DNA from: Tubulanus polymorphus
Taxonomy: Eukaryota; Animalia; Nemertea
Length of the DNA stretch: 64,000 nt
Reading direction: 5' to 3'
Assembly: GCF_964204645.1 (NCBI RefSeq)
Contig: NC_134035.1
Coordinates: 9,642,451 to 9,706,450 of the forward strand
Below, piece by piece: positions 1 through 15,100 of this stretch; position 1 is the first letter of the stretch; each line of letters opens with the position of its first letter. The position numbers and the translations under genes are program-made. Under the pieces are notes generated by a model. The model was given only the letters and a program-made list of their open reading frames with translations. It had not been told where the DNA came from and did no database searches.

Positions 1-388
1 CGTTACCTCTAAATTGTAAATTTGGCGTATACAATGGGACGCGAGTCGAGAAGATACCACGATGAATATACGAGTGAAATCCTATCATTAGCCATCATCA
101 GCACGCCTGATATATTAACATGTATTTCTATTCTTCAAGAATATTTCATCTTTTGCTGAATTATTGCGGGGTTTCTCTCCGTACAATGACTTGACGTCTG
201 ATTGAGTGATACTACTACAACGTCTGCACTACAGATACTATAAACTTCCTCCAAGGATCGATGTGGGTGTCATAACAGCAGCTTAGTTATGTACCAGGGG
301 CGGGCGCAGGAAAACCCTGTTAGTGCTAACCGTGGTTAGTGGCTTATCCGTGGTTCGGCTAACCAGTTTGAAATAAGAGGCCGCGCTG

Positions 389-453
389 GCTGGTTGTACC
401 GGGCTGGTTGTGCCGGGCTGGTTATACCGGGCTGGTTGTACCGGGCTGGTTGG
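389..453. repeat. 14-bp tandem repeat (GCTGGTTGTACCGG), ~4.5 copies
   Basis: Directly visible. Confidence 0.9.
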
Positions 454-521
454 AGGATTGTTCAAACGAACCGGAACCGTAATTGCCAATCATGTATTTC
501 GATTTGAAAAAAAAAATTCTT

Positions 522-697
522 AAATTCGACCGATCATCCGAATAATCTACGTATCTGTACTTCGATATCCGATTTCGAAATCAGAACCTGTTTCGTTCCC
601 GTCAGGTGTGGTGGGTCTGTCCTTAATCGATTCAAAATCCGAACAAATCAAAAATAATCAATCAATAAATCAAGTGAATAAGAAGGACAATTCCCTA
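522..697 (+). repeat. Dispersed ~175-bp repeat; second copy ~14218-14380
   Basis: Shared atctgtacttcgat.tccgatttc, gttcccg.caggtgtg.tggg and aatcaatca...ggac.attccc. Confidence 0.7.
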
Positions 698-2681
698 TTT
701 CGAGAGCAAAAATGTTATGCGCAGAAAGTTACGTTCTTCAACTGCCGATGATTTAGTTCGCGTTGGAGCTATTCCTCAACGTGATTTCCATGATTTCCTG
801 GGCCTTCCTCACCGGACTTAAAGTAGATACGGCCTTGGTGGAGCTGGCCGGCTAATGCGCTTGGATTTAGGGGTAAGAACGATCGCCATGTTGTAAATAA
901 GACTATATTCGCTCGTGGTTTTGGACTCGCTGCGAGGCGTTGACGACTGCAAATCAGTTCGTCTGTCTCGTAATGTGAATCAAAAACGACGGTACGAAGT
1001 TACGTCGCCGAGTTGACGTTTCCCACGGTAGCTTCGCGTTTTTAAAATCGATGGCGTGACTTCAAGAGAGAGAACTTGACGTTATTAGATTACGGTTATA
1101 CATTGACTTTACGCCGAGTTACGGTATGACGTCATTGCGGTCTTCGTCACGCGAATTGCTTCCACGCGGCTTTGTGAAAGATCTAATTTCGGATCACGCC
1201 AACAGCGATTCTGATAAGGCGGTTCAGAAGTTAATTTAACGAAGTGTCTGCACGCTTTTCTCGTCAGGGGAGGGGGGCGGTGATTTGTGGCGCCGGTTAT
1301 TGCCCCAGTTATTAATTCTGGTACATTTTTCTAGATAAATAGCTTTTAGAGGCTCGAAATATTAGAGCTATATAAGCTTTCGTCATGGGCTGGTTTCGTC
1401 CTTAACCCGGTGGTCAACCCAATGGTGTACCGGCAACGATAGTGTGACAAGCAAAATCCGCCAGTTGTCGCTAGTGTACAGTACGATAGTAGATTTCTTC
1501 TCAAACTCGTTAAAATCTTACATTAATTTCTCAAATTCTATGTATGATGTATGAAGAAGAAGTGCAAAATATAGACTGATTAATCCGAGTTCATCTAGCT
1601 GCGTTAATTGCCTAACTTTTGGATTGGAATACCGAAAACCGAGATCAAAGTTGATCGAAAATGAACTGATTCTGATGGGTTCGTGGAATAGAATAGAATA
1701 GACGTCCGATATCGAAGTGCCGCCATTTGACGGGATGGCTGGTGTGCCGGAATCCCCCTTGCGAATGAATTGAATGCACTTCGGGGTTAAAGTAAATACC
1801 GGTCTACACAAAAAGCGTCATTATAACGTGTCCATCAAAGTTGAGATCGACTCGAGCGTCAACCTTGGAAAACCTCTCAACTCGAGTAAGCCACTAAAAC
1901 CGGGAACGGTGATAAAGCTTCAACCGATTTCTCCACTTTCAATTCCAATTCAATGCAATTTGTTCAAAGTGCTGGAAATACGTGTGAAATAGTAATAAAT
2001 GACCATTAATTATAGGTTAAATGGAAGAAGGTGACCGGTATATATTATTGGGTACGCGCTGATCGATGGAACTAAACAATTGGAATTCAGTGATGCTATA
2101 TATTATGTACCCAATAGTTAAGTAATAATATATTGTATAGATTACTTTCATCAATATCCGTTAATTCTAGTGGTTATAATGGTTTCTATCGAGTGCCACT
2201 GCTCTCTTTTAGCTGATACTTAGGCATTGTTTCATGACAAGAGCGATATTATATCCAACAACAGCGAGACTCCAATATGCACGAGATTTCCAGAGAGAGA
2301 CAGAGAGAAAGAGGGAGGTGTTTAGAGTATGCATTTTCATCGTGTTCTTTGCACTAATTTTCGCAATATATATTATATCCTCATCGTTGGTTTTCGTCAA
2401 TGTACCACTGCTTTACAGTTCGCGAAAATACCGTATTCCTTTATTTGTGATTGACAGGGATCCGACTCGATAATCTCCGGATTCTTCCGGTCCCTGACAA
2501 TCTCATTATTATCTCTGCTCATATGTGTTTCTGTATTTGTAACCAGTATTCTTTATGAGATTGCAAATAAAATACATTACAATACGATATGAATGAAATG
2601 ATCGCAATATCGCTCGACTGGTTAAAAATAAAGCATACTTTTAAAGCCGAGTGTTTTCAGAGCCCGAAAAATTGAAAGTTA

Positions 2682-2874
2682 AGCCCAACGCACACGGCGA
2701 AACATTTGTTTCGCCGAAACAGAAACACGTTTTTCAGAAAACGTTTTTTGCTCGTGAAAAACGTTTTTCAGTTCGGCGTTTTTTGTTTTGCCTCCCCCGC
2801 ACACGGCATAACGAAAAACATCGAAAACGTATGAGGATAAAACGTTTTTTTTTTGGTGCCGTGTGCGTTGGGCT
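2682..2874. mobile_element. PIF/Harbinger-like MITE with TTA TSD
   Basis: TIR AGCCCAACGCACACGGC / GCCGTGTGCGTTGGGCT, flanked by TTA on both sides. Confidence 0.75.
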
Positions 2875-3058
2875 TTAGAGTCAAGTGAGGCCAGGGCGAA
2901 CTTAGGTTTTATATAGTTGTCGGAACCAATAGCGCAGTGGCGATCTTGTATAACTATAGGTCCGAACTACACAGACAGCGAACTGACTTAGTTCGCAAAT
3001 AGTCGACCAGCTCCGATAACCGAAGTTCGCCAAGTTTGTAAGATGTATTGATCTTCAG

Positions 3059-3164
3059 GACCCAGTTCCACAGTTGTGAGTTAGAGTTAACTCTGAGTTA
3101 AAGTTTGTTTATTTTCAATGAGTTCTCAGAGTTAAACCTTAACTCGGAACTGTGGAACTGGACC
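3059..3164. mobile_element. Short Harbinger-like MITE (GACCCAGTTCCACAGTT TIR, CAG TSD); partial copies near 14150, 37985-38030 and 53225-53550
   Basis: Inverted ends CCAGTTCCACAGTT / AACTGTGGAACTGG, with CAG on both flanks. Confidence 0.7.
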
Positions 3165-6100
3165 CAGTTTGTACGGAGCTCTGTATCAACATTTCGTAAA
3201 AATGAATATCGTTCTCCGTATTCAATACGGTATAAATGACGAGTAACGGGAAATATTATTATGTAAATTTCTATGAACGCACGACTAATGATTCTATTCA
3301 AAGTATCGCTGAAAATTGCGCCTAAACGCTTTCAGGGAAATACATCTTTTTTCCCGGATTCATCGATGATGTTGCGCGCGGATTTGAATGCTATCTTGCG
3401 AGCGTTTATCATATAGCCGCTATATCAGAGAAGCGCTTGATGATTGGAAATCGACAAAATCTGGCGATTCGGTTGGATATTTATACCGTCCGAAAAATCG
3501 AGAGTAATCTACGATTTCTATGAAAGAGATCGCTACCGATGAAACTCGCCTCCCACGTGTATGTGTGTGTATGTATGTAAATATATGCCAGTATCTTTTG
3601 AAGTGTCTAATACTTTAATACTCGAACGATTCTTGTGTATATGACAAGAGTCGGTATTATCGTCATAAAAAAGACGACGATTCGTCGTACCGAGCGACGC
3701 ACGTCATCATTTGGGTCCCCGGTGATTAGTATACACTCCTCACGCGACACTGATTCCACGGCTTTGAAACAGCCTATGATCACACAGTAGACGCCTAAAT
3801 GACCCTATATTACGGAAACCGACGTTCCTCAGATATATAAGTCTATGCCTGCGTGTTTACTATGAACCTTGATATCTGATGTTAACCAAAGTAGTTTGAG
3901 CTCCTTCCAAAATTTTATATGACTTGAAGTAAAGATAGGAAATTCGAGCGTTTAGGTCACATAAGCGCGTAAATCCAGGGGAAACCCTGCTAATGGCTGC
4001 TAGGCCAGCAAGTAGTTTTCGTCCCACATTCCCAACCTGAAATAACCAAACCTTAAGCAAGGAGTGGTATCCGAGTACAGGTGTGCAAGTACATCCGAGC
4101 TGAGTATTGAAGGGAATCCCCCACCGTGTTTGGTAACGTTACTCCTGACAAAACAATCTGCAGGGAATCCTCTATTTCATCATCAATCTCTCATGGCCTA
4201 CTACTATTTCATGCATTTGACCGTAATTAGTTACCTACCGTATTTGTAGAACCTAATTGTATCAACCTTTTGTGGTCGTATGCCGTTTAAGCGTACGAGT
4301 CATGCGTTTTAGTAACACATGTAGAGAGATATTGCACGTGACATCATGGTTTGCTTGCCAACCAGCAGTGCTGAAGACAATACATAACAACGACAAAAAA
4401 CTTAAAAAGTCGTCCGATGAAACGCTATTTGTATTTCAGACTCTCGAGTGACTTGAAATAAGTCAATCTAACACACTCAACGGCAGCAATTCTTTCTCGA
4501 AGAGCGTTTATAACTAGGAGGACATTGTGGAGATGAGAACATCATGCTCTGTGGTGTTTGATTGAGTAGTGGCATAACAATCGCAGCCACTTCATGGTCA
4601 GTTGTATTTTGCACATGGATGCACTCGAGAGTTGCATTCATGTTTCGGATAGGCATTCGAAACACTCGAATATACGAGTTTTTGCTTCCATTTCGCGAGA
4701 TGTATATGTCTATGTGTGACTGGGACGATTGTGGAAACAATGGTATAAAAACGTCAATACGCGAAGCACTCGCGAATCGATTCGGATATTTTCCCAGCTG
4801 AGAAGCTTAAAATATTCATTTTTTGTTTGCCTTCGATATACATTTATGATTTTTCTCGCTAGATTTCGCGCGAGTCAATTCGAAAACTTGCCGACACGAA
4901 GCGCTCTCACAATTTCGAACGAATCCGCACGTAATCGCGTATAGCCTGTGAAAATCGAGTCGTATCGCTGGTTGAAAGCTCTTGAAATTATTCTTGACAG
5001 CACTCGCAATTATTTTCAATAAAGTCGTCGTAAACCCCGCGGGCGCGGATACGTACGGAAAAAGAGTAGACAGTCGATCGATGAAGCTACTATATTCATG
5101 TGATCTCGAAATTGACGTTGAGTACCGCGTTATTGTATATTCGACATTAATATTCGCGCCGTGCATAGAAACCGAATTCACCTTTAAGATAATTCATTAA
5201 AATTGATTGTAATCGATCCCCGAATGCCTAACATAAAAACAAGAAAGCTATTTTAGCCTATATAAATATCCCCGATCATGAAGCTCACAAAAAGAAAATT
5301 CGATAATTCGCATGTCTGGAGGGAGCCATTGCCCCATCTCGACTATATCTGAGATACGTCAATGATTTACGTATAAAAGGCCTTTCCTAGCAGCTATAAT
5401 TCAGTTATCAACGGTGAATTATTGATGCGCATTCTATATTTTCAAAATTAACGACCGGTGCATAGAACATATATACTCCTCGCCGTGGTATTTGGAATGT
5501 TAGACGAGTATTGCCGAAATGAAGGTTGAAAATTATCGAAAAGAAAATATACGCCATTTCATGACCCGAAGTCGGTTTTCGAAAAAACCTATAGCGCTTG
5601 AACCATTCGGCCACAGGACCCCTCGGTGATCTTTATCAAAACCCGATCACTTCGTGCATAACCTTAAACTGTCTATGATACATCAGATTTTGTAGTGAAT
5701 GGTTGAACTGAAAACATGAAATTCTATTCGAATGAACTGCTCTCCGTATAGGTAAATTACGCCATATCTGACATCTTATAGGTAGCTAATTGTAGCTTAA
5801 TCAGAATAAAGCAGTGAAATTACGAGCGCCTGAATATTCCGACAACGGTCAAATATATATGTCTATATGGTGTATATACATGGTCTATTACACGGATGCA
5901 ATAAATTTTGAATTGAAGTGAATTGGCCCAAAAGTTCACATTCGAGTTCAAGTTCGAATTTAATTTACGGAAAGCACAGCAGGATCGAAAAAGAAACCTT
6001 GAAAGTTGGACCCGTTGAGGTGGTTCATTGGTAGATGTAACCCGTCCAGTTTTTTTCATTATCTCAAGCCGCGGTTTAATTATTCTATCCGATGAACTCG

Positions 6101-9100
6101 ATTACTGGCTGGAGAATCTAGTTACACGACCCGTATGTTTCTTTATCCCGTCGCACAATGTATTCGCCAGCCGATGGTGATAGAATTGCTGGCCATTTGG
6201 CGGCGAGGTCTCCCCAGTTAATGGCGCGCTATATTGATTCCGTATGGATTTATGGCAGTGGCCGACGGAGATATTACGGAAAACACACTGGTAAATAGAG
6301 ATTGCCGCAAAAATAACCGACAATCAATGACTGATTTCCTTTTGGGTAATTTGTGCCATTAGGCGCTACAAGTTTTTCGGTCGATCTTGGGTGGCGATTG
6401 AATGAGGGAAAAGTCGAATACCGAGTACCAGCCGCGCAGTCGTACAGAACGAATATGTCGCGATGTCGACAGTCAATTGATTTGCGTGTCTCGTGTTGAT
6501 GCGATCGGGCTATTTTTTCTAGCATGTATATATATGAATAGGTGTACAGTTGATGAATGAGGATCGATTCGTCGGCGAAGATATTCAACAGTATCGCTGA
6601 GACTGAAGTTATACACATCGACACAAAACGAGTTTAAGCCGGGGGATTAGCGAGATGAGCTGAGAGGACTTATACAGTAGTAATCCCGATGTTAGCTTCT
6701 CGACGGAGCCGCCCTTGGAGTCGCCCAGGCATCAGCAATAAATGACGGAAGTGTTGAATAGTTTTTTCCCCAATTCGCACCGGCTTTTAATCAATTTGCC
6801 ACACGCCGTCAGGAAAAATGCTTCCGAAACAATTACGAATGTTTGATTACATATATAAGAACACCTGTCATAGAACAAAATTGATCACTCTAATCCGTGA
6901 TTCGGCTAATGTACAAGCTAATCCCAGAATATGGAACTGAAAATATATCTATAGATATACAGAAATGTTTTCTTCGAACTAGTAAATGATTAAGGTATGA
7001 GGTAAGTCTGCTTTCACAGAGGGCAAACTGGTTTTCTCTGTTTGATCATGTGACTGATTCGGGCCGTATAATGTCAAATGTCTGATATGCTGAACTATAG
7101 GGGGCGCACTCGAACCTCACGATATCCAAAACAAGGAAAGATGTAGAATTTTCTTAAAACCGAATCCGGTATAGCAGTCATCCGAGTTAAACTTTAACCC
7201 CAAATTTCCGAACTGAACCGGCTCTTGGTGCATACACCGAAAATCAAGAACAACGAGATGAAATGCCGAAAGAACCGTGTCTTTGCTGAGGGAGATGCAG
7301 CGGACGACTGACCGTTCCATCCGTCGTATGACACCGGGAAAGATCGTATCGGAAAAAAACCAGTTGCGGCGGCTGGTCAAAATGTCATAGAACGTGTTTT
7401 GGTCACTGTCAGACTACTTTTGATTAATAGTATCGGCTAATCTCTCCGTCGTTTCGCTAATGTTGCCACTTAGATCTAGATAATGCGCTTGGCTTAAACG
7501 ACAGACTTTATCACGCCAAAGCGATTAATCACAGTCCCGGTACAGTAAGCGACGACTGAACTACCGCGCGCGCTGCCCCCAGTTAATTTTTGCCCAATTA
7601 AGGTAAACGAAGAGCGCTCACGTCGGGGTTTTAGACGATGACATTTCGGTTTGATGAATCGAAACCGTCATTAATGGAGGACGACCCCAATTTAAAACAT
7701 CGGCCACATCGGAATGGAAACTAACGAGGTCTCATTACTGTGTCACTGGAATGCAACATGGCCATATTCCGTCGCGACGTCGTCGGACGCAGTTCATCAA
7801 AATACGTCGCACGCTCGTGACAAATAATGTAAAAACGCGAACGCTTTCCCCGTCCCTATCAGACACAAGGCTTATATATGTATATATACATATATGTCCC
7901 GACGATATAATGCATCCACATCGCGGGTGAATCAATATTCTACCGTTATAATCCTCCATTAGCGGAAGTGACGTCGGACGAAACAAGCGCGAGAACACCA
8001 TATAACCTAGATTTCGCTCGTGTTTACCGGATGTTGGATGAATAACAAACGGACAAACGATGAAATACCGATATAGGGGGATATCGCCATCGGAATACGG
8101 CACTTTTGTCGTGTGTACATTTTATTGAATATATACCCGGCGATCGTATAAACCGCATAATCATCATCCGGTAACGATAAAATCGGCTGACTGGCATGTG
8201 CACGCGGCGCTATTGTGCTTACGTAATTTTGTGATGGTATACCCGCTTCGCAAACAACGACGTAGCAATACATCGACCATTAGCGGCTAATGAGAGCGAT
8301 GACAATCGTCTAATGTTTTCATTTTTTCCCCATGCCGTGCCGTTCAGATGGTTGTAATGTCTGGTGCCGCTCGCTAATCGCGTGCAATATTTATCAGTGG
8401 AAATTTGTAACTCTTTGTACGAGTGCTCTATTCGTCGGAGAAGTTAATTGTTGCCACTCGAGCATCGTCGATGATGTTTTTTTTATACCCGAACGAACAT
8501 TAAACCTTTAAATATTCACTATTTCAGCGAAGTAAAAACTATACGCCAACATTCATCGAGTACTTTTCGCATTGTTCGATACGCCATAGATTTGAAATAA
8601 TTATATATCTCCGCATTCGAACACAACGAAGACTCATAAAGAGGCGAGTCACATCGATGACCATTCACTTTATTACAAAAATGCATATTTGAATACCTAG
8701 ATGTATCTGCCAACAGTGGAAGCTTCTATACCAACCGCCAATCCTACCATCGAAACCTTGGCCAGAGGGCTAAAGCTAATTAAGATAAGGCCAGTTTTTT
8801 AGGTCAATAATTTATTGGATGTAAGGCTTGTCTGTGTCTTTTTGGGGCACCCCCCCCCCCTATCATTTGCTACAGTCTTTAGATTTGAGGGTGTACTCTC
8901 AAGGAATTAAATTCAACGTTCAATGATTGTGTACACGATCTAATAATGTTCATAAAATATAATTTATTCATCCTATGGGGTGATGATGAACACTGATTTG
9001 AAGTGAGTTATCGGTGAGAAGGAATCAATGTCTATATCGTCACCATTTCGCATTGTAACAGTAAATATTGAAATGAGTCGTATCATTAAAACGGTAATGA

Positions 9101-12100
9101 TCAGCCAGTTTGTTTAATAATCTCACTGGCGTTTCTATCTTCATCCAATCCAGAGATATGAACGAAACAAGAAAATCAAATTGGAAAAAGGCAAAAAATC
9201 CCATAAATGTCTATCTGGAGCATACCCAAAAAAACATGGCGCTTGGAAACTTGAAAGTTTATTGAAGTCTTATTGAAAAGCTGTATTGAACTCCCGTTGA
9301 GAAATTGGCCAAATTTCTGTGCAAATAAACAAACACGTAGGTGAAAAAGGTCGAGCGGTGTTGCTATCGTATTCCTGGCGCGCATGTAATATCCATGATG
9401 TTATAAAGCAACGACTGAGAGAGAACGAGAGCTAAGTAAACGACGATTAAAAACATCCCCGAGGATCCGGTATCGGATCAGAGACCGCGGTTCCGATAAC
9501 GCAGCAGTCATCATTCCTCCTCGCAGCTATTGTCACCAGCACAAGGGTTCTCGGTATAACGTCGATCTCCCTATCGCGCGTATTACGCTCTAGCTAATCT
9601 TACAGCAACAAGACAAATGGATACGAATACCGCGTAAGACTGCAGATAATGTGTAGAAGTTTTTTTTCGACAACAGGGACTAATTACCCGGTAATGGGAG
9701 CACTTGCTCGCGGTGACGTCGTCTTTCACGTAAAGCGAGGATTTATGCCATCACAAATCGGCGCGTATTCATTAAGCGTGACCTCCCCCGGAGCGCCTTG
9801 GCCAATAAATACTATAACTCTAGTCACTTATTTCTTGTCTGATGAATTTCGTATAAGAAGAATCTTCAAAGTTTAACGACGAAATAACTCGATGTCTGAT
9901 ATTCTTAAAATGCAACACCATCGCTTGATACTTAAAACGTTTTTTCTTCCTCGAATACCGAGGATGCTTCATCAGCCGCTTTCGAGAGTAATCATTGCAT
10001 AGCTGAATGACAAAAAAAACCACGACGAAGAGCGCCGTATCAACGCCTTTCGATTCGGCTATTTCTGTCATTGTAATAAGCTTCATTGTGAGTTTCTAAT
10101 GAAGCATTGTGCGCCAGTCGTTCGGTAGGACGACGTCATTTGCGGTAATGATCAGAAAATTGGTCAAGCGAGAAATCCAGATCACAGACATCATTCTGAA
10201 ATTTGATCAAGTCAATAACACCACGGGCGCTGACATTCAACAGAACACTTTCTATATTAGATAAAGTACACGACTCTAATGATGTCAGTCTATGGCGTTG
10301 TACTCTTCATATCTAGCCAATTAATTTACGATGAAGATCGAGTAGAGAAATACGTTTTGAATAACAATAAAACAGAATTTCAACTGCAATGCCTCTCCTC
10401 CTCACTGGATTATATCCAGAGCTTTTTTCCGACAGTTTTTTCTCGCATTTTTTCTGCGCTTTTCTCCGATTTAAAATCGTTTTGGCCGCAATGATATGAT
10501 ATATGATATGATATGAAATCATTTTTCTCATGGATCCTACATATCACCAACATTATTTGAATGCGATTAGTTTTTACTAAAGTCAGGATCTTGGAGGGGA
10601 CCACAGAGGAGCCTTTTAAGGCTGTAATCTGTGAGGCATACGTGACGAGTGGGGAAGGGTGTTCGGGGGTAGCAAACGAACCGCCCATAATTGTTAATAA
10701 TTGTCAACGTACCCTTCAAAAAGTCAGTGTAAAAAATTCGGGGTCGAGACCTTTCCAAATCTGCATATTTTTTTGATAAATGCCATTTTTCACGGCGAAA
10801 AAATGCCATTCTTATTGAAACAGAACTGTCGCTCGGCACGGGCCGGCTCTGGGCCCCGTAAACAGCTAAAGCGCTTGGATACTCCATAACTTAGCAAATA
10901 AACGAAACTGAATCTAAAGGAGTTGGGTTAGCGGTAGATAACCCATCACCGAGCACGGTATAACTGGGTTTAATGTTTCCTTTCCTCAACGGAGAAGAAA
11001 CCAAGAACATATCGACCGAGAAACTGCCATCATCTCCCCGAGTTGACCCTATGAACCTATGGCTTGCTGACACCAGTGACAGAACGATGGCTTAAGCCAT
11101 CGAGTGACATTCCGACGTATGATGATCCACCAGGAGACATTTTCGAAGCGAGGTATCATCGAAATGATATTATCACCGGCAAAAAGCGACTTTCGACTTT
11201 TCATCGATATTTCACGAAACCGAAATCCCCGGAGAAGGTAAAACCCGGCGAACAAATAAATGACTTTGTCAAAATATTTTGCCTCCGGTGAAATTGAGTT
11301 ATGACCATCACACCGCCGCGTTCGAGCATGCGCCCGGTGACACGGGATATTCAAACACGATTTGAATAATGTATCGCCTTATCGTCGACAAACGACAAAA
11401 CAGCGGTAATACACCGGTTCAACGAATCGAATTTACATCCGTTTAGTGATAGGTTCACCTCGACAGTACCGAACACGTATCGAAAATAACGTCATTTCTT
11501 ATTCATTCATTCTCATAACTACAGACACCTAAATTATCCCAGAGCTGCTTTTCACAAATACAAACTTTATAGCAAATCATTTCTTGCTCAGATGCCACGC
11601 ACCTGGCGCAACACTGCCGACTGTCTTCGTACGTCATCCAGCATCAAATCTCTTTCGTATTTATTCAAGAAATAAACCTGGGATAACTACATTTAATTAT
11701 ATAGAGAAACTATATAGAGAGAATTAAGCATTCATTCATTCATTCATTCATTCATTTCTTATTCATTCGTTCGCGCGTCCGCCCGTTATAGATGCGACAC
11801 CTCGAGCTCCGACAACAGTCAATATTCGCTATAACGCTGCCGTCCTCTTTAATTCCACTGCGATCACTTAACGCAAACGTTTTTTAGAAAATTTGCCAAC
11901 TCGAATGCAATGGAAACGCCATTGTTTATAACGCTAAATTCGTTATAACATCGGTCCCAACAGTGGCATTATGAAGAACTTTTATTGCAACGCGTTACAT
12001 CGATGATGTTTCTCTTTTTAACCAACATGTGAAGAAAGTCTTCACTTCTAGATTCTGGTAATGAACGATGTTTCAACAAATTGCGAAACGTCTATCTTTA

Positions 12101-15100
12101 AACCACTGGCGTCAATGTCATGCGACCACTAGAAGTCTGATGATATGGTACAGATAGTTTTGAACTGAATTCTTGATACAGGGCCGCCAACCTCCGAAAA
12201 GCAGATTGAGCTTTTTCAGTTACATTCCATTGAAATATGAATGAAAATGTTCATAGTAATCAGTAATCAACAGTAAGACTCGCAGTAACATCATTCATAT
12301 TTCTGTATGCATCAAACAAATCAAATCAATATTTTTTTGTTCTAAAAAATTGTTACAAATACTAAACATCGGGAACTGTTGGCAGCTCTGCGACGAACTG
12401 AACGCCAGGTCGTTTCGATTCCAGGAAAAATCTTCGTTCCATTCGTTCCATAGAGAAAATGGCAATTTCAACAGAAAATTTAATTCATATAACATATTAC
12501 ATAAAAATAACTCGTGGAATTCTATATAAATTCATTGAATATAGAATATATCATCATGCGAAAAGCTATGGAAATCATGAGCTTAGTAACGGAATGCCGT
12601 TACGAATTTGACAAGCTAAATCTCGAAGAAAAACCGTAAATCTACTAATCTGAACTAATACCTCGTAAGATGTGGGCGCTAATCCTTCGAATGCGCAGTT
12701 ATTGCTGATTTCGCCGCTGAATGTTTCCAGCGCATTATCACGACGCATTGTACACCTCATATTATGAGTCTTCTTCTCAGAACGAACCGCTCGTCTAAAG
12801 ATCGCTTGCCTCCATCTTAAATTGTATCTACTAAATAGGCCTGTATGAGCACTGGAGCTGGATGGCGTGATTACTGGATTTCCAGGTCTTGGAATCCAAA
12901 TATCATACGACCCAGCGAAAAAATATATATTGATATAGGCGGGGGTTCAGCTTTTTACTGAAATTGAGAAGAAATTGTAGCGCGGTCAAGTGGGCGCCTG
13001 GCTATGAGCGAAACTGGTGGATCCTCGCTTGCCACAGGAAACATTCTCGTCTACTATATTGCAGCGTTACCGAGCTCCATAGGCTTTCTAAAAAGTCTGT
13101 ATCTGTGTCAGACAGAGGAATGAAATCGCAGGTAATATCGATCAGTAAAAATTTCGAATGAACATCATCATCGTCTGCCTAATCGAGCAGCCGTGACCTT
13201 CAAAACGGATTCTAGGTTAAGCGTTCCGTTCGTTTAGTGAAATAAATAACTTAACGGTGGTTAATATCATAACAGTATATACCGAAGTTGATCATTTATT
13301 CACTATACCGATATAACCACGCGTTGTCCGAAATCCAATAAAACAGGGTTGGTTTGTTTCCATCAGTCAATATCGATGCGGATACATACTTGATACTTAC
13401 AGCTAGTCAAACATAGTAAATAATTACAGGGCGGTATCTGGACGAGTTTTTTCTCTCCAATTTAAACAGTTCGTATACGCGGGTGATTACGAATCGATTA
13501 GCGCCTTCCGACGTCCTCCATTCCGGACGAGAACATACGTCAAAATTGATCGGAACATTTTATGGCTATATCGCCGATAGGTTTGCTTAGGTTTTTTGCT
13601 TTAAACAAACTATAATAAAGAAATACATAAATGGGCTATGACGCGGTGTAGCAGTACGTCGATCGAACCGGCTGCGGCGTTTACGATATTGAATTAACCC
13701 GTTTACACCGGCGAGAATCCATTTCGTCATCAGTAATTTCACGTCTGCGTGGCTTGTACCAACGAACGAAACGTTTTCGAAGATGACGCTTTCGCGGCCG
13801 CAGTGTTTATTTAGTGGGAATCGATGTGGTCTCTCGATTGGAACGAAACGCGCACCGATAACGATTATGAAACGGGACGCGACACGAGCTGAATACTGAG
13901 AATGCGAATCTTGTCATTTCTTGAGTCGTTTATTGCGGCTGTGCGCTGTCAACTCCGGCCCGCGCGGTCAATACTAGAGATCCGAACTGTTCGACGGAGA
14001 TTGCGTTGCATAAGCCGAAAAAACCTGTTCGGAAACATGCACCGATTATTTGTCTCCTTATTGATAAAAAAATGTCGTTATTTTCATCCGTCTGATACGT
14101 TACGTGATCTATATCATTGATGGGGTATAGGCTTATGCACAAAACAACAGGACCCAGTTCCGAAATTCTATGTTAGAATTTCACTTTCGAGTTAAAACAT
14201 CATTTACATAAAAAAAGAAATTCCGACCGACTATCCAACTATAATCTGTACTTCGATTTCCGATTTCAAAGTCAAGCCCCCTGTTTTGTTCCCGGCAGGT
14301 GTGATGGGTTTGACTGAGGCCAAACCAAATCAAAATCGAAATCAATCATCAAGCAAATGAATACGAGGGACGATTCCCTATATATAGATAAAAAAGAAAG
14401 TGAACTAATGAAGCCAGAGTCAAACTGAACCAAGCAACTTGTGACGGATCCCCGGATTGTTTCGATAGTAATAACACAATGACGTCACACCCGAGCACTG
14501 ACGTTACGTCCAAGCTACAACATCGAAAATTAGAACTTATCGTATAATCAGGTGACGTCACAGCGCATCGTATTGGCATAATGCATACTCCAATCTAATT
14601 TCAATTAAGTCAGAATATATATACTTAAATCTATGATCTGGGAGAGGTGTTAATTCGACATGTTGATGACGTGAATGGTTCGGTCTTATCTTCAGTTTCA
14701 GCCCCGCGGTGCCGCTATAGCAGATAAAACCCGAGGTCAGGCGATGGTTCGTCTGATATAAATCGGAGTTGAATCAATTATTTTGATGGATCACGTTCTA
14801 CCTGCTGCCGATATACAACAGGTTCATTTACTTTGCCCGCTATTTCCTATTCAACTTGCTGAGTATCTGCGCTAAATAATTAACCGAGTCGTAATGGGTA
14901 AAATGCTTCACCACTTTTTGACTGTCTGTTGTCGCGTAGGCGTGAGCTTCCAATCGTCGCGTAGGCCTACCTGCCTACCTGTGGCCTACAGTGGGCATTG
15001 CGCAAATGGTATTTTTAGCGGGAAGTCGTGGTGTATGAATTATTCACATATAAAGCACGAATGATGTTCAGAAAGATTACTCAACTCATTCTTTTTGGTG

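Noticed and set aside
3860-4740. Possible decayed LINE RT on the minus strand (TTDHEVAAIV..., TRLCDLNA...)
   Set aside because: Motifs too eroded to support by eye.
5565-5620. tRNA-like A-box (rc GTGGCCGAATGGTTCAAGCG); isolated B-boxes at ~24168 and ~35241
   Set aside because: No complete cloverleaf; at most SINE fragments.
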